The notes below the pieces were generated by a model. That model did not search any database. It was not told where the DNA came from and was given only the letters and a program-made list of their open reading frames with translations. A DNA stretch of 64,000 nucleotides from Octopus vulgaris (taxonomy: Eukaryota): assembly GCA_951406725.2 (NCBI GenBank), contig OX597830.1, positions 13,764,001-13,828,000 of the forward strand, given 5' to 3'. Below are positions 42,026-55,205 of this stretch, one piece after another. Within the stretch, counting starts at the first letter, position 1. The number at the start of each line of letters is the position of its first letter. Both the position numbers and the translations under genes were made by a program.

Positions 42026-42804
42026 AAGATAACTGTGCGTGTGTGAATGTAGATTTTTCTATGCCGATATCTTTGTTTAGGTTACGTGGCTTTGCGTCAC
42101 TTCTTCCAAAAGATGATAACCTGGCTTTTCGATAAATTATATTCACTAAAATTACGTGTACTGGGTATAATTTGATCAATTAGATAGACTTAAAATTTTC
42201 GTAGATTGTGGCCTATACAGATAAACACTCACACACATGCATACACACATACATAATACATACACAATATATACATACATGCATACATACATAATACAAA
42301 CATACATACATACATACATACATAATACATACACACATACATACATACATACATACATACATAATACATACACACATATATACATACATACATACATACA
42401 TACATAATACATACACACATATATACATACATACATACATAATACATACACACATACATACATACATACATACATAATACATACACACATACATACATAC
42501 ATACATGCATACATACATACATACATACATACATACATACATACATACATACATACATACATACATACATACATACATACATACATACATACATACATAC
42601 ATACATACATACATACATACATACATGTGTGGTCATAACAATATGAAGCGCACACAATAAGCTGTTTGCATATTTGACAAAAATCTTCTCACTCTGGGGC
42701 CCCTGATAGTAATTGAAGTCACCTACCTACCATATCTACGTTTGTTCGCTACTGTCGCTACTGTTCAAACACAGCTTACACACCAACGGCATCCTTATCA
42801 AAAT

Positions 42805-42824
42805 ATTAACTACAACAACAACAG

Positions 42825-42875
<51 letters not shown>

Positions 42876-42951
42876 TTACTACTACAACTACTAGTACCAC
42901 CACCACCACCACCACCGCCGCCGCCGCCACCACCACTACTACTGCTGCTGC

Positions 42952-43029
<78 letters not shown>

Positions 43030-43100
43030 CACTACCACCACCACCACCGCCGCCGCCACCACCACCACCACCACCACCACTACTGCTGCTGCTGCTGCCG

Positions 43101-43146
<46 letters not shown>

Positions 43147-43420
43147 CACTACTACTACTACTGTCACCATTGCTGCTGCTGCTACAACTACCGCTGCTAC
43201 GACTGTTGCTACTACTACTACTGTTACTACTACTACTACTACTACTACTACTACCACTATTACTACTACTGTCACCATTGCTGCTGCTGCTACAACTACC
43301 GCTGCTACGACTACTGCTGCTGCTACTACTGCTACTACTACTTCTTTTACCGCTGTTACTGCTGCTGCTGCTGCTGCCATATGTACTAGCGCTGCTGCTG
43401 CTGTTATTACAGTCACCACA
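42805..43420. repeat. (ACT/ACC/GCT)n compound trinucleotide array
   Basis: Direct reading; accounts for the poly-Thr ORF. Confidence 0.9.
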
Positions 43421-43660
43421 ACCTCCATTAATGGTGAATCTGCGTATTATTGTATGCTGCACGAATATCCATATACAACTACACACACACACACACACAG
43501 GCAACAACGTTCCTGGAAACGGCACTTGTAACACAACCCTCCCCCCCCAACTCCCTTTAATTTCTCTTTGTCTCTCCTGACTCTAAATCTTCTCTCTATC
43601 ACAAACCCACAAACGTTACACACGTGGACGCTTACTTAAACATACTGAAATAACAGTATA

Positions 43661-44074
43661 TATTTCTTTACTACCCACAAGGGGCTAAACACAGGGAGGA
43701 CAAACAAGGACAGAAAAAGGGATTAAGTCGACTACATCGACCCCAGTGCGAAACTGGTACTTTATTTATCGATCGCGAAAGGATGAAAGGCAAAGTCGAC
43801 CTCGGCGGAAGTTGAACTCAGAACGTAACGGCAGACGAAATACCTATTTCTTTACTACCCACCAGGGGCTAAATATAGAGGGGACAAACAAGGACAGACA
43901 TAGGTATTAAGTCGACTACATCGACCCCAGTGCGTAACTAGTACTTATTTAATCGACCCCGAAAGGATGAAAGGGAAAGTCGACCTCGGCGGAATTTGAA
44001 CTCAGAACGTAACGACAGACGAAATACAGCTAAGCATTTCGCCCAGCGCGCTAACGTTTCTGCCAGCTCGCCGC
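43661..44074 (-). mobile_element. SINE family A head-to-tail partial dimer
   Basis: Full unit plus headless second unit inside one 16-bp TSD ctgaaataacagtata (43645-43660, 44075-44090). Confidence 0.9.
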
Positions 44075-45786
44075 CTGAAATAACAGTATAACGTCCCTCA
44101 CAGATGACTCCCTAGCTTCTTAAAAAGCAAACGGAGCATTGATATTCTGCTCATACATGTTGTATGTTAATTAGAAGACTGGAGAGTCATGGGTGGGATA
44201 GTTTTGATTCTAGATCTGATCAATATGGAAGTGAACAATGAAAAATTAAACAAGGACATTTGGTTTCCCATTTAGAAACTTCTCGCAATTCTAACCCATC
44301 TCTCAGTCTTCGAGGAACTTTTTTGAATGCCTGTCTTCGTCCCCATCTGTCATCTTTCCCTTTTCTTCCATTGACCCTCTCTTTTCATCTCTTTTCTCAT
44401 TCATATCTTCGCCCTCCCACAACAAAGAAATTCTCCACTTCTTTTATTCGAACAAAACTCTATACCTTTACGCATAAACATGGACATGCACACGCGCACG
44501 CACACACACACACACATACACACACACATACGCATACACACATGCGCGCACATACACACACACACACATATACATTCCACGTACACACGCACACACACAG
44601 ATATGCCATCCAAAAAACGATTCTCACAAAACAGCTCTTAAGAGTTATTACTTCTAAATAAGTACATTCGATTTACTTTATGTAATTGGTACTTTGTCTG
44701 AAATCGTAGTTTACATTCTTTTATTGCATACTGTATAAATATCAGCGAAGTTGAATGAGAAAACCAAAAAGACCAGGTGCCTTTCTTGAGATTCCTTGAG
44801 ATATTTGCTCTGCATAATGGGCTACAGACATCCACTTGTCTTTCTTGCTGTCTCAAATGCAATGAACCAGTGACCGAGAAGCTCATTGGAAACATAACTA
44901 CGGACACCATTCCGAAAACATTGCGGTATAACACCCTTTCTCCAGTCTCAATCTTTGAAATTCAATTCTTCATCCTCCCACACTCTCAGTCTCTCATTCC
45001 CTATCCGATTTTCAAATTTGAAAACTGAGATTTGCTTATCCTTAACACTTCACAAGTGTACAAGTTTATTCTATCTCTCTTTCCTTTCATTCAACTTTCT
45101 TCCTTTTCTTCGCTTGTTGACACTCACATGAATATCTTCTTTCCCGCTCACACACAAACGTTTATTAGCATTCATTTCATTAGCGTTTCGCTTTTATTAA
45201 TATCGATAGCTAATAAAAAGACAATGGACGACCAGCTGATAGTTCGGCAGTTAGTGCCTCGATATTTAGACCAAAATTACATATGCCCAGCAAACCGAAA
45301 GTAATTAGTATTTCGTTGACTTGCGGTTATGAATTAAATTTATGCTGAATGAAACACTCCATTGACTAACAATCTATTCATGCTAAACTTCCCATCTTCT
45401 TATAGAGCAAAACCGTATTCTACGACGAATTCTACGGTTGGCTATCGAGCTTGTAACGTTATGTTTTTTCTTATATATCTTGAGTTTGTTGCACTGATGA
45501 GCATAGAATGCATATTCTGCATTAATTGCGAAATCACAGGTGATATGTAACTAAATTCTTTTTTAAATGATTTGCTTTGAAGTTTTGCATTCGGTAAAAT
45601 TTTGTTTATTTTAGTAGTTTTGACCGCATTGGTCCCTCTTTAGCGTGTGGTATCTACGAATAGTAGTACCCTCAATATAATATAAATAAATATTTTCAAA
45701 GTGGAAAAATTTACGGATTTTTTTTTCTTACGAGGTTTTTCACGCTAACTACTGATAATTTCTTTTAAAGATTTTATCCTCAATTG

Positions 45787-45823
<37 letters not shown>

Positions 45824-45953
45824 TAGCGGTCAATCCTCTAAATTTTGTATGTAAAAAAATTTTAAATCTTCGGATGTTTTTTAAAATATGGTAGGCCACT
45901 GGTTTTAATTGATTAATATAATTTTCTACCCTTATTTAATTTTATATATATAT

Positions 45954-45993
<40 letters not shown>

Positions 45994-45998
<5 letters not shown>

Positions 45999-46332
45999 AA
46001 TAAGAAAATGGAGGGGAGCAATAGGTGGTATTCATCAACTTTTAGACATTATATTATGTCTATTTATTTATTTACTAAAATGACAATTATAGCAATATAC
46101 ATACATGTATGACATTATGCTTTACATATATAATATATAAAATATAACAATACCAGTAACTATTAAAATACTGATATTTTTATATCTTATATATTTTATA
46201 TGTAAAGCATAATGTCATACATGTATGTATATTGCTATAATTGTTTTTTAGTAAATAAATAAATTGACATAATATAATGTCTAAAAGTTGATGAATGCCA
46301 CCTCTTGATCCCCTCCATTTTCTTATTGCTCT
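45994..46332. repeat. Inverted repeat, arms about 150 bp
   Basis: agagcaataagaaaatggagggga ... tcccctccattttcttattgctct. Confidence 0.9.
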
Positions 46333-46564
46333 ATGAATTAATGATAAAATATCTCTTTACCTTCACCCATTTAGTACATTGGGTAATGTAATTGCCATGC
46401 AATGAAAAAAACACTTGCGTATTAATAATTGGGTATTATACCAGCAATACATTGGAAAGATATTATCCCTTAGTTGGTTGGATTCATAACCTCTAACTTT
46501 CTTGGAATATATATATATATATATATGCGCGTGTGTGTATAGGTACATATATGCATATACACAT

Positions 46565-46706
<142 letters not shown>

Positions 46707-46849
46707 GTATATATATATATACATATATGTGTATATATATATATATATAAATGTGTATATATACATTTATTCATATACATCTAAATATATAAACACATGT
46801 ATATATATGTATATAGATATATATGTACATGGATATGTATATATATAAA

Positions 46850-46932
<83 letters not shown>

Positions 46933-47082
46933 ATATCTATCTATAGTGAAGAGATACACTCTTGGCTATTCAGACATGTACTTTATATTAAAAAAATACT
47001 TTGTATAAAATTTCCGAAGCACAGATTTTAATATAGGTGAATACAGTATAAATCAGTACCAAAGAGGTATAGTCGTCAATTC

Positions 47083-47164
47083 ATTACGACCGTTTCAAGC
47101 AACTTCTTTAACTGATTAATATGAAAATTACATCATTGCAAAGAAATCCTTTTCGTCAGATGAC
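47083..47164 (-). ncRNA. Hammerhead-like motif with long stem II
   Basis: GUCAU-CUGACGA-A-AAGGAUUUCUUU/loop/AAAGAAGUUGCUU-GAAACGGUC-GUAAU; stem I imperfect. Confidence 0.5.
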
Positions 47165-47424
47165 TGCATGAACTTCAAACATAACGAATAATTCGACTGA
47201 TTCGACATAGTTACAAAATATTTACATTAGTACTGCTGCTGTTCAATTGGCAGAATGACTTTACCAAATCGTTTATATAATGTCAGAACAAAATGAATTT
47301 AGAAGATAGTAGGGGAAAGAATAATGGAAATCAGTGTCAATACAAAAGAGGGTGGATTGTGTCCATCCGCCTAGAATTGAGTCTTAGGGGAATTGTACAT
47401 GTATTCTGGTCAGGGGTAGTAAAT

Positions 47425-47465
<41 letters not shown>

Positions 47466-47468
<3 letters not shown>

Positions 47469-47665
47469 CCATGATAGATCATTTTAGCCACTACACAAAT
47501 TTTTTCTCTCCTTTTTTATCTCCTTGATTTTTCTGTGTCCCTTTCTGTAGAAGAGCGTAGGCCTGAAACGTAAAAGACTTTTTCTATTCCTGAGCGTTAT
47601 ACTAATACATCTGTTTGTTTTGTACACCACCTGTCTTCGTCTTTTGTTTTTTCGTAAACTCTCCC
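47466..47665 (+). mobile_element. HHR family 2 element; motif at 47541-47576
   Basis: CUUU-CUGUAGAA-GAGC/GUAG/GCCU-GAAA-CG-UA-AAAG; (TA)n on both sides. Confidence 0.75.
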
Positions 47666-47697
<32 letters not shown>

Positions 47698-47993
47698 ATT
47701 GTGTAACATTTCCTCCGATTTCTCGTTTTTTTATGTCTGTGTTTTCGTACACATTCGCTTGCTTTCGTTCCAAAATTTAATGCTCTTAGCTTAGATTTTT
47801 GGGAGCTACCAATTTTGAACAGTCTTAAGTGTACCAGGCCAAAACTGCAATGATAATTGCAAGCTTGACTGATGAACAGAACGCTACGAACGATCTGCCC
47901 TGAGATTTCCCTGTCCGTCCTTGTATTGTCTATCTGTCTGTATGTTTTTATTCTCGTCCGTTACGTTCTTATTTACACACACACACACACACG

Positions 47994-48039
<46 letters not shown>

Positions 48040-48047
<8 letters not shown>

Positions 48048-48712
48048 CGATCTCTTTATGTGTGTCTGTGCGTCTCTGTGTCTTTATGCCTGCGTTTGTA
48101 CCCCACTACCATGTGACCACACGTGTTGGTGTATCTTTGTCACCGTAAGTTAATGGTTCGGCCACAGTACTGATAGAGTAAATACCAGACTTTCAAAAGT
48201 ATACATATTGGGGCGGATTCATTAGGTTAAAATTTGTGAAGGGGCAACACCGTCATGGCCGCTCTCTAATGATTGAAACAAGCAACAGAGGAAGCTTGCT
48301 TCTCAACCACATGGACACGAGTTCAGTCCCACTGCGTCGCACCTTAAGCAACTGTCAACTACTATAGCCTCGGCTGACTAAAGCCTTGTGAGTGGATTCC
48401 GTAGACGGAAACTGAAAGAAGCCTATCGTATATCTATATATGTATATATATTTATGTGTGTATCTTTGTGTCTGGGTTTGTCACTCCACCATCGCTTGAG
48501 AACCAATCTTGGTGTATTTATGTCCTCGTAACTTAGCAGTTCAACAAAAGTGACCGATGGGCGTAGGAGCGGCCGTGTGGTAAGTAGCTTGCTTCCCAAC
48601 CACATGGTTCCGGGTTCAGTTCCACTGCGTGGCACCTTAGGCAAGTGTCTTCTACTAAGCCTTGTGAGTGGATTTGGTAGACGGTAGCTGAAAGAATTCC
48701 ATCGTATATATA
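48040..48712 (+). mobile_element. Tandem cluster of SINE family B (CORE-like) pieces
   Basis: 3' half, then a near-complete copy at about 48291-48557, then a new head at 48560. Confidence 0.75.
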
Positions 48713-49059
48713 TAGCCTTCTAAGAGTGTAGACATGAATCTGTAGGTACGCGTACGTATGTGTATATACGTGAATGTATGTAGATGTATGTATGTATGAA
48801 TATAACGCGTGCGTGCGTGTATGTGTATGAGTGTACGAATGAGTGAGTGTACGTGCTAAAGAGTGTGCGTGAGTGAATGAGTGCTTGTTTTCCAGTAGAC
48901 AGATAAATGGACTGGCTGTCATAGCCAAGATGTTTGTGACCAAGCGGCCAAAGATAACAAAAGTAATAAACGAAGATAATAAAATTAAAATTAGGGAATG
49001 GGTCTGTATTTGTATGTGTATATATATATGTGTGTATGTGTAGGTATGCATAGGTACAC

Positions 49060-49101
<42 letters not shown>

Positions 49102-49713
49102 ATGTATATGTATGTGTGTGTATATATGTGTGTATGTGTATATATGTGTATATAGGGACTAGTGTGCTGTGTGTGCATGTGTGTGTGTGGATTTGTGTGT
49201 GTATGCGAGTATGTGAGTGTATGTGTGTGTATGTGTATATATATTTTTCTGTGTGTATATGTATGTGTGGTCGTGTGTGTATATATACATGTGTGTATAC
49301 GTGTATGCATGTGAGTGTGTGTATGTATACATATATGTGTATGTGTAGATATGTATATGTATGTGTAAGTGTATATATATATATATGTATATATATATGT
49401 GTGTGTATGTATGTGTGTATGTATATGTATATATGTTTGTATGCGTGTGTATATATGTATACATATGTGCATAGGTATAAGTGAGAATCTCCTTATTTAC
49501 CTAAAACTCTATTCCCCCTTTTTTTATATATATATATTTTTTTATTTTTTTATTTTTTATTTTTTATTTATTCTTCTATCTAATTTAACACTGACTCCTT
49601 GACCACTCCCCCAAGTATGATATTTTGCGCTATGCCTACCCCCAAAAAGTCCCCCACCAACACCCCTTTAAACCTGCCTAAATGTATAAATGCCAATACA
49701 ATTCTTGTTAACT

Positions 49714-49764
49714 AGCTTCCTGAAGATTTCTCTTGAATGAAACAGTTCTAGTCCTGTAGAAGCT
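49714..49764 (+). ncRNA. Type I hammerhead ribozyme, canonical core
   Basis: AGCUUC-CUGAAGA-UUUC/UCUU/GAAU-GAAA-CAG/8 nt/CUG-UA-GAAGCU: 6-bp stem I, 4-bp stem III, GUA site, weak stem II. Confidence 0.75.
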
Positions 49765-49847
49765 CCTTCTATATAATAAATTAATTTTACTCTGCTATGT
49801 ATTGAGTACCTTATTTACTGTGGTTAACCCCGAATCAACCCGGGACC

Positions 49848-49885
<38 letters not shown>

Positions 49886-49906
49886 TGTGTATGTGTGTGT
49901 GTGTGC

Positions 49907-49943
<37 letters not shown>

Positions 49944-50194
49944 TGAGCGCTTGACAACCGATGCTGGTGTGTTTACGTTCCCGTAACTTAGTGGTTCAGC
50001 AAGGTCACCGATAGAATAAGTAGCAAACTATGAAGAGGCACCGGAGTCGATTCGTTCGAATAAATCATTCAAAGTAGTTTGCAAGTATAGCGCAATGGAG
50101 TGTGGCAACGCAGCGGCATATATAGGTGTATGTATATAAATAGACACACACTAATACATACACTATACTCACACAGACACGCTCACTCACATAC

Positions 50195-50196
50195 AC

Positions 50197-50229
<33 letters not shown>

Positions 50230-50615
50230 TGCATGCATGTATGTATGTATGTATGTATGTATGTATGTGTGTATGTATGCATGTATGTATGCATGCATGT
50301 ATGTATGTATGTATGTATGTATGTATGCATGCATGTATGTATGTATGTATGTGTGTATGTATGCATGTATGTATGAGAGTATGTATGTATGTATATATGT
50401 ATGTATGTATGTATGTATATATGTATGTATGTATGCATGTATGAATGCATGTATGTAAGTATGTATGTATGTATGTATGTGTGTATGTATGTATGTATGT
50501 AAGTATGTGTGTATGTATGCATGCATGTATGTATGTATGTATGTATGTATGTATGCATGCATGTATGTATGTATGTGTGTATGTATGCTTGTATGTATGA
50601 GAGTATGTATGTATG

Positions 50616-50649
<34 letters not shown>

Positions 50650-50690
50650 TGCATGCATGCATGCATGTATGTATGTATGTATGTATGTAT
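50195..50690. repeat. (TATG)n microsatellite, about 500 bp
   Basis: Direct reading. Confidence 0.95.
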
Positions 50691-50812
50691 TGGGTGGTGG
50701 GAATAAATTTCCCACTTTTCATATGAATGTATGCATGTCAGCATGCATGTATGACCAGCGGTTTTGTCTCCTGAGTGCATACGTCCATATATATGTGAGT
50801 GTATATATAAAT

Positions 50813-50861
<49 letters not shown>

Positions 50862-50964
50862 CCTCAGTGTATGTCTGCGTGTGTGTGTATATGTGCATGT
50901 GTTTGTTTGTGTGTACATATGTATATACACATTATATATATGTATAAATATATATATATATATT

Positions 50965-51010
<46 letters not shown>

Positions 51011-51033
51011 CGTATGTGTATTGTTATCTATAC

Positions 51034-51083
<50 letters not shown>

Positions 51084-51539
51084 CGTATATACATACAAAC
51101 AAATACACACGTACATATATATATTTAAGGATAATTAAGTATATACATACATATTTTATAGTTATATTTATACATTATATATATATATGCATAGTTATGT
51201 ATATATGTATACATAATATACATATATGTATATATAAATGTATACATATATATGTATACATATATATATATGTGTATATCTACCTGTATGTCTATCTATC
51301 TATTTATCTATCTATATCCTTACGTTAAAGGAACGTAAGCAAACCAGCAGCTGGTTTCGAGTGGTGGTTGGACAAACACAAAGACATACACACACTCTCG
51401 CACACATGCACACGCATATACTAGCAGTCATTCACACACACACATTCATACACACACACACACACACACACATAGACTCACCCACCCAACGTATGTTTAT
51501 ATGTTTACATGCACCCGCCTCTCTCTTCTCTCTCTCCCT

Positions 51540-51573
<34 letters not shown>

Positions 51574-51847
51574 GGAGAAAGAGAGAGAGAGAGAGAGAGA
51601 GGAGTAGGTGCGCGTGCATGTATCCATTGATACATTCATAGATACATGCATAAATAAACATACATGCACACACACAAACACTCTCACACACTTATACATA
51701 CAATCCTATGAGTGCAAATACACATATAAATGTATGTACGTAGGCTTATATATACATAAAATTTAAGAATCATACGTATATTTTCACTTGTATGTATATC
51801 TATATCATTAAATATATATTCATACATATATATCCAGGAAAATATTG

Positions 51848-52061
51848 TTTTCTATTCTAGGCACAAGGCCTTAAATTTTGGGAGAGGGGGCCAGTTGTTT
51901 AGATCGACCCCAGTACGCAACTGGTATTTAATTTATCGACCCCGAAGGGATAAAAGGCAAATTCGACATCGGCGGAATTTGAACTCAGAACGTAAAAGCA
52001 GACGAAATACAGCTTAGCATTTCGCCCGACGTGGTAACGTTTGTGCCAGATCGCCGCCTTG
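51848..52061 (-). mobile_element. SINE family A, alternative tail
   Basis: 15-bp TSD tccaggaaaatattg at 51833-51847 and 52062-52076. Confidence 0.88.
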
Positions 52062-52289
52062 TCCAGGAAAATATTGATATATCTATATATACATATGTAA
52101 CGCCCATACGTATGTAAAAACACTTGAATGTATTTAGAAGCATACACATATACATTTATATATAAGTATATACATTGATAATCATGTGCACACACATTTA
52201 TATATAGTTTTATGACCCTTCCTCCTGTCATCTTTATCTCGAGAATGGACCCTTTCCAAAATAGTCATTGAAGAAGGTGCGATATACAT

Positions 52290-52716
52290 GAGGAGTATTT
52301 GAAGGATCCGATGGCATCACTTTGTCTCCAACAATTCGGTGCGACACCAGTGCAGAATCACCTCCCTCCGACAAGTCATCCTAACGAGACGTCTGCGTTG
52401 GCTGGGTCATGCCCTCCGTCGTCAACCAGGCGAATTCATCTACGAAGCAATTGCCCCAGCTCCCCTTCAGGGTTGGCGAAAGCGATGTGGTGGACAACGA
52501 AAAACCTGGCTGATGACAGTCAAGGCTGATCTGGAACCCAGCCTAGGCCCCCATGTCTACGGCGTTCGCCGCTGGAATAAGGAGTGGTTGGAGATCACGC
52601 GGTCGTTAGCCTCAGATCGCCAGGCCTGGTAGGCGTTTGTGAGAGATGCAACATTGAGGATGAATGAAGCCAGCTCAACCCACCCCGGGTGAATGCTATA
52701 AGAAGAAGAAGAGAAG
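52290..52716 (+). mobile_element. RTE-clade LINE 3' fragment
   Basis: RRLRWLGHALRR...RKRCGGQRKTW...LASDRQAW; (AGA)n tail. Confidence 0.85.
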
Positions 52717-52849
52717 TATAATAGTGCACCGCTAAAGCAATTACACTATATAGTTTGTCCCTTCTAAATATTGCCCGCCTTGCCGATGTAACACCGGTAA
52801 CATTGAGTTTCGTTGAAACCTTCACATACTCACATACTCACACACACAA

Positions 52850-52882
<33 letters not shown>

Positions 52883-53212
52883 CACACACGCACGCACGCA
52901 CAAATTGCGTTTCATCATCCAACTTGCTTCCAGTATAGATGTGTGGTTACTACTATACCTAGTAGTGTTACTGGTTGTGATATACAGAGAAAATATGGGC
53001 CAGAATATGTAAACATAAATTCGTATTGTGTGTTCCCTGGAGAGATTTTCATTATCGTAATTATTTGGGACATTTGCACAGGATGTCCCGGGTGCAAGCG
53101 AATGATGAACCGCAACAGATCACCAGACTCTATTGTATTATGTTACTTAGAACACGCACATATACACATACACACACACACTCTATCACATACAGGCATA
53201 TATATACGTCAC

Positions 53213-53365
53213 ATGGCTGTGTGCTAACAAGTTTGCTTCCAAACTACACAGCTCCGGGATCAATCCCACTGCGTGGCATCTGTGGAAGGTGTCATCTGTA
53301 ATCTCGAGCTGAGCAAAGTCTTGGTGAAGGAATTTGGTAGGGAGAAACTGAAAGAAGTCCGTCAT
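53213..53365 (+). mobile_element. SINE family B, 5' part
   Basis: Matches the 5' part of 60574-60985. Confidence 0.75.
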
Positions 53366-53389
53366 ACATACATACGCAGGGCTATCCGT

Positions 53390-53657
53390 ACTTCCGCCTT
53401 CGCCGTGAACTAGAATTAATCTTCTATCTTCGCTACTTTGCGCCAAATGGACTAACCTTTAACAGTTTTGTTAAAATAGAAGAGAAATGACGATATGATC
53501 AAAACTAGGTAAAGGATGCACCTTTAAAAATGGATTCGTTCCATTGGTCCTTTCAATTAACGGTCTTAAGCATGCAATGAACAAAATAAACAAAATAAAT
53601 GAATTCAATATAAATTCATCCTACTATAAAAATCGAGGAAAACCTTAAATCGAAGAG

Positions 53658-53660
<3 letters not shown>
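53390..53660 (+). mobile_element. Possible Penelope 3' fragment (GIY-YIG C-terminus plus UTR)
   Basis: FRLRRELELIFYLRYFAPNGL resembles the R..RE...I..L....P.GLN terminus of PLE endonucleases; ends at (TA)n. Confidence 0.55.
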
Positions 53661-53710
<50 letters not shown>

Positions 53711-53878
53711 TATTTGTTGTGCAAGATTTTTTTATGTGAAGTCGTATGTTGAAACAGATATTGTTATATTTCGGAATGGTCATTTTGCCAGTTTAGCCAA
53801 CAAAACACACGCACTATATATTTGGTGTTACTTTGCTTCAGTGTTATTTATTTTTTACATTAATCTTAATCTTATTTC

Positions 53879-53922
53879 GGCCAGAGTTCTTTCGTCACAC
53901 TCCTGTGACCGCATCAGTGGCC
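53879..53922 (-). ncRNA. Hammerhead-like motif with CUGAUGCG core
   Basis: GGCCA-CUGAUGCG-GUCAC/AGGAGU/GUGAC-GAAA-GAAC-UC-UGGCC; the partner at 54948-54991 (+) has GAAA mutated to AAAA. Confidence 0.65.
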
Positions 53923-54217
53923 CTTTGTTTTCTTCTTTCGTATTTGTGTCTCTCCTTACTAACCGTCAGCCATTTTGTATTTCTAAAGTATATCTTCATT
54001 TGCGCATGCTTATATCTCTATGTGCGTCTATGTTTATTTAGTGTGTGTGGAGGGGGATGCCTGTAATATTTGTATCTTCTGTTTATATACATTCATGTAA
54101 TTTGTTTTTGTTGTTGTTTTTTGTTTATTCTTATTTTGTTCATGTGTTTACATCCACTTATTATTATTATCATTACGTATGCTTGTATGTATGTATGTAT
54201 GTATAACAACACTACTA

Positions 54218-54308
<91 letters not shown>

Positions 54309-54312
54309 AATA

Positions 54313-54487
54313 ATAGTAAAAGCTCATCGATTCTGTACCAACACGCCGAACAGGAACACGGGGATCAATCAACAACATAGAAATTAAAATATTGTCCACA
54401 CATAGAACAGATGCAACAATCAGACAAATTACAGAAGCTACACACATGATAGAAGATAAACCTAGCCTGAATAGGAAACTGTAATGG
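54313..54487 (+). pseudogene. Penelope GIY-YIG endonuclease C-terminal fragment
   Basis: SSILYQHAEQEHG / NIEIKILSTHRTDATIRQITEATHMIEDKPSLNRKL*W (one frameshift). Confidence 0.8.
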
Positions 54488-55105
54488 AACACTAGCACAC
54501 ACCACAACATATGACGGTAGAGGATCCCCATAAACAGGTTACAATATAAACAAAACCGAAAACATAATAAATAAAATACACAGATAAATAAACAAATAGA
54601 AATAAATAACTATATAAGTTTTTATTTATTTATTATTATTATTATTATTAGTAGTAGTAGTAGTATTGTTATACATGCATACATACAAGCATACATAATT
54701 ATAATAATAATAAGTGGATGTAAACACATGAACAAAATAAGAATAAACAAAAAGCAACAACAACAAAACCAAATTACATGAATGTATATAAACAGAAGAT
54801 ACAAATATTACAGGCACCCCCCCACACACTAAATAAACATAGACGCACATAGAGATATAAGCATGCGCAAATGTAGACATACAATAGAAATACAAAATGG
54901 CTGATGGTTAGTAAGGAGAGACACGAATAAGAAAGAAGAAAATAAAGGGCCACTGATGCGGTCACAGGTGTGTGACAAAAGAACTCTGGCCGAAATAAAA
55001 TTAAGATTAATGTAAAAAATAAATGACACTGAAGCAAAATAACACCAAATATATAGTGCGTGTGTTTTTATTGGCTAAACTGGCAAAATGACCATTCCGA
55101 AATAT

Positions 55106-55150
<45 letters not shown>

Positions 55151-55205
55151 AAATATTGAATTTCTAAATCTCTCGTAGAGAGATGTACGGTGGTGGGGCG
55201 ATAGA

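Larger units (their letters stand above)
53713..55110 (+). mobile_element. 5'-truncated Penelope-like element with inverted terminal repeat
   Basis: Inverted arms at about 53761-54240 and 54630-55110 enclose a GIY-YIG C-terminal remnant; HHR-like motif in each arm; (TA)n on both sides. Confidence 0.85.

Noticed and set aside
47869-47910. CTGATGA followed by a CAGA/TCTG stem
   Set aside because: No GAAA or stem III; at best a remnant
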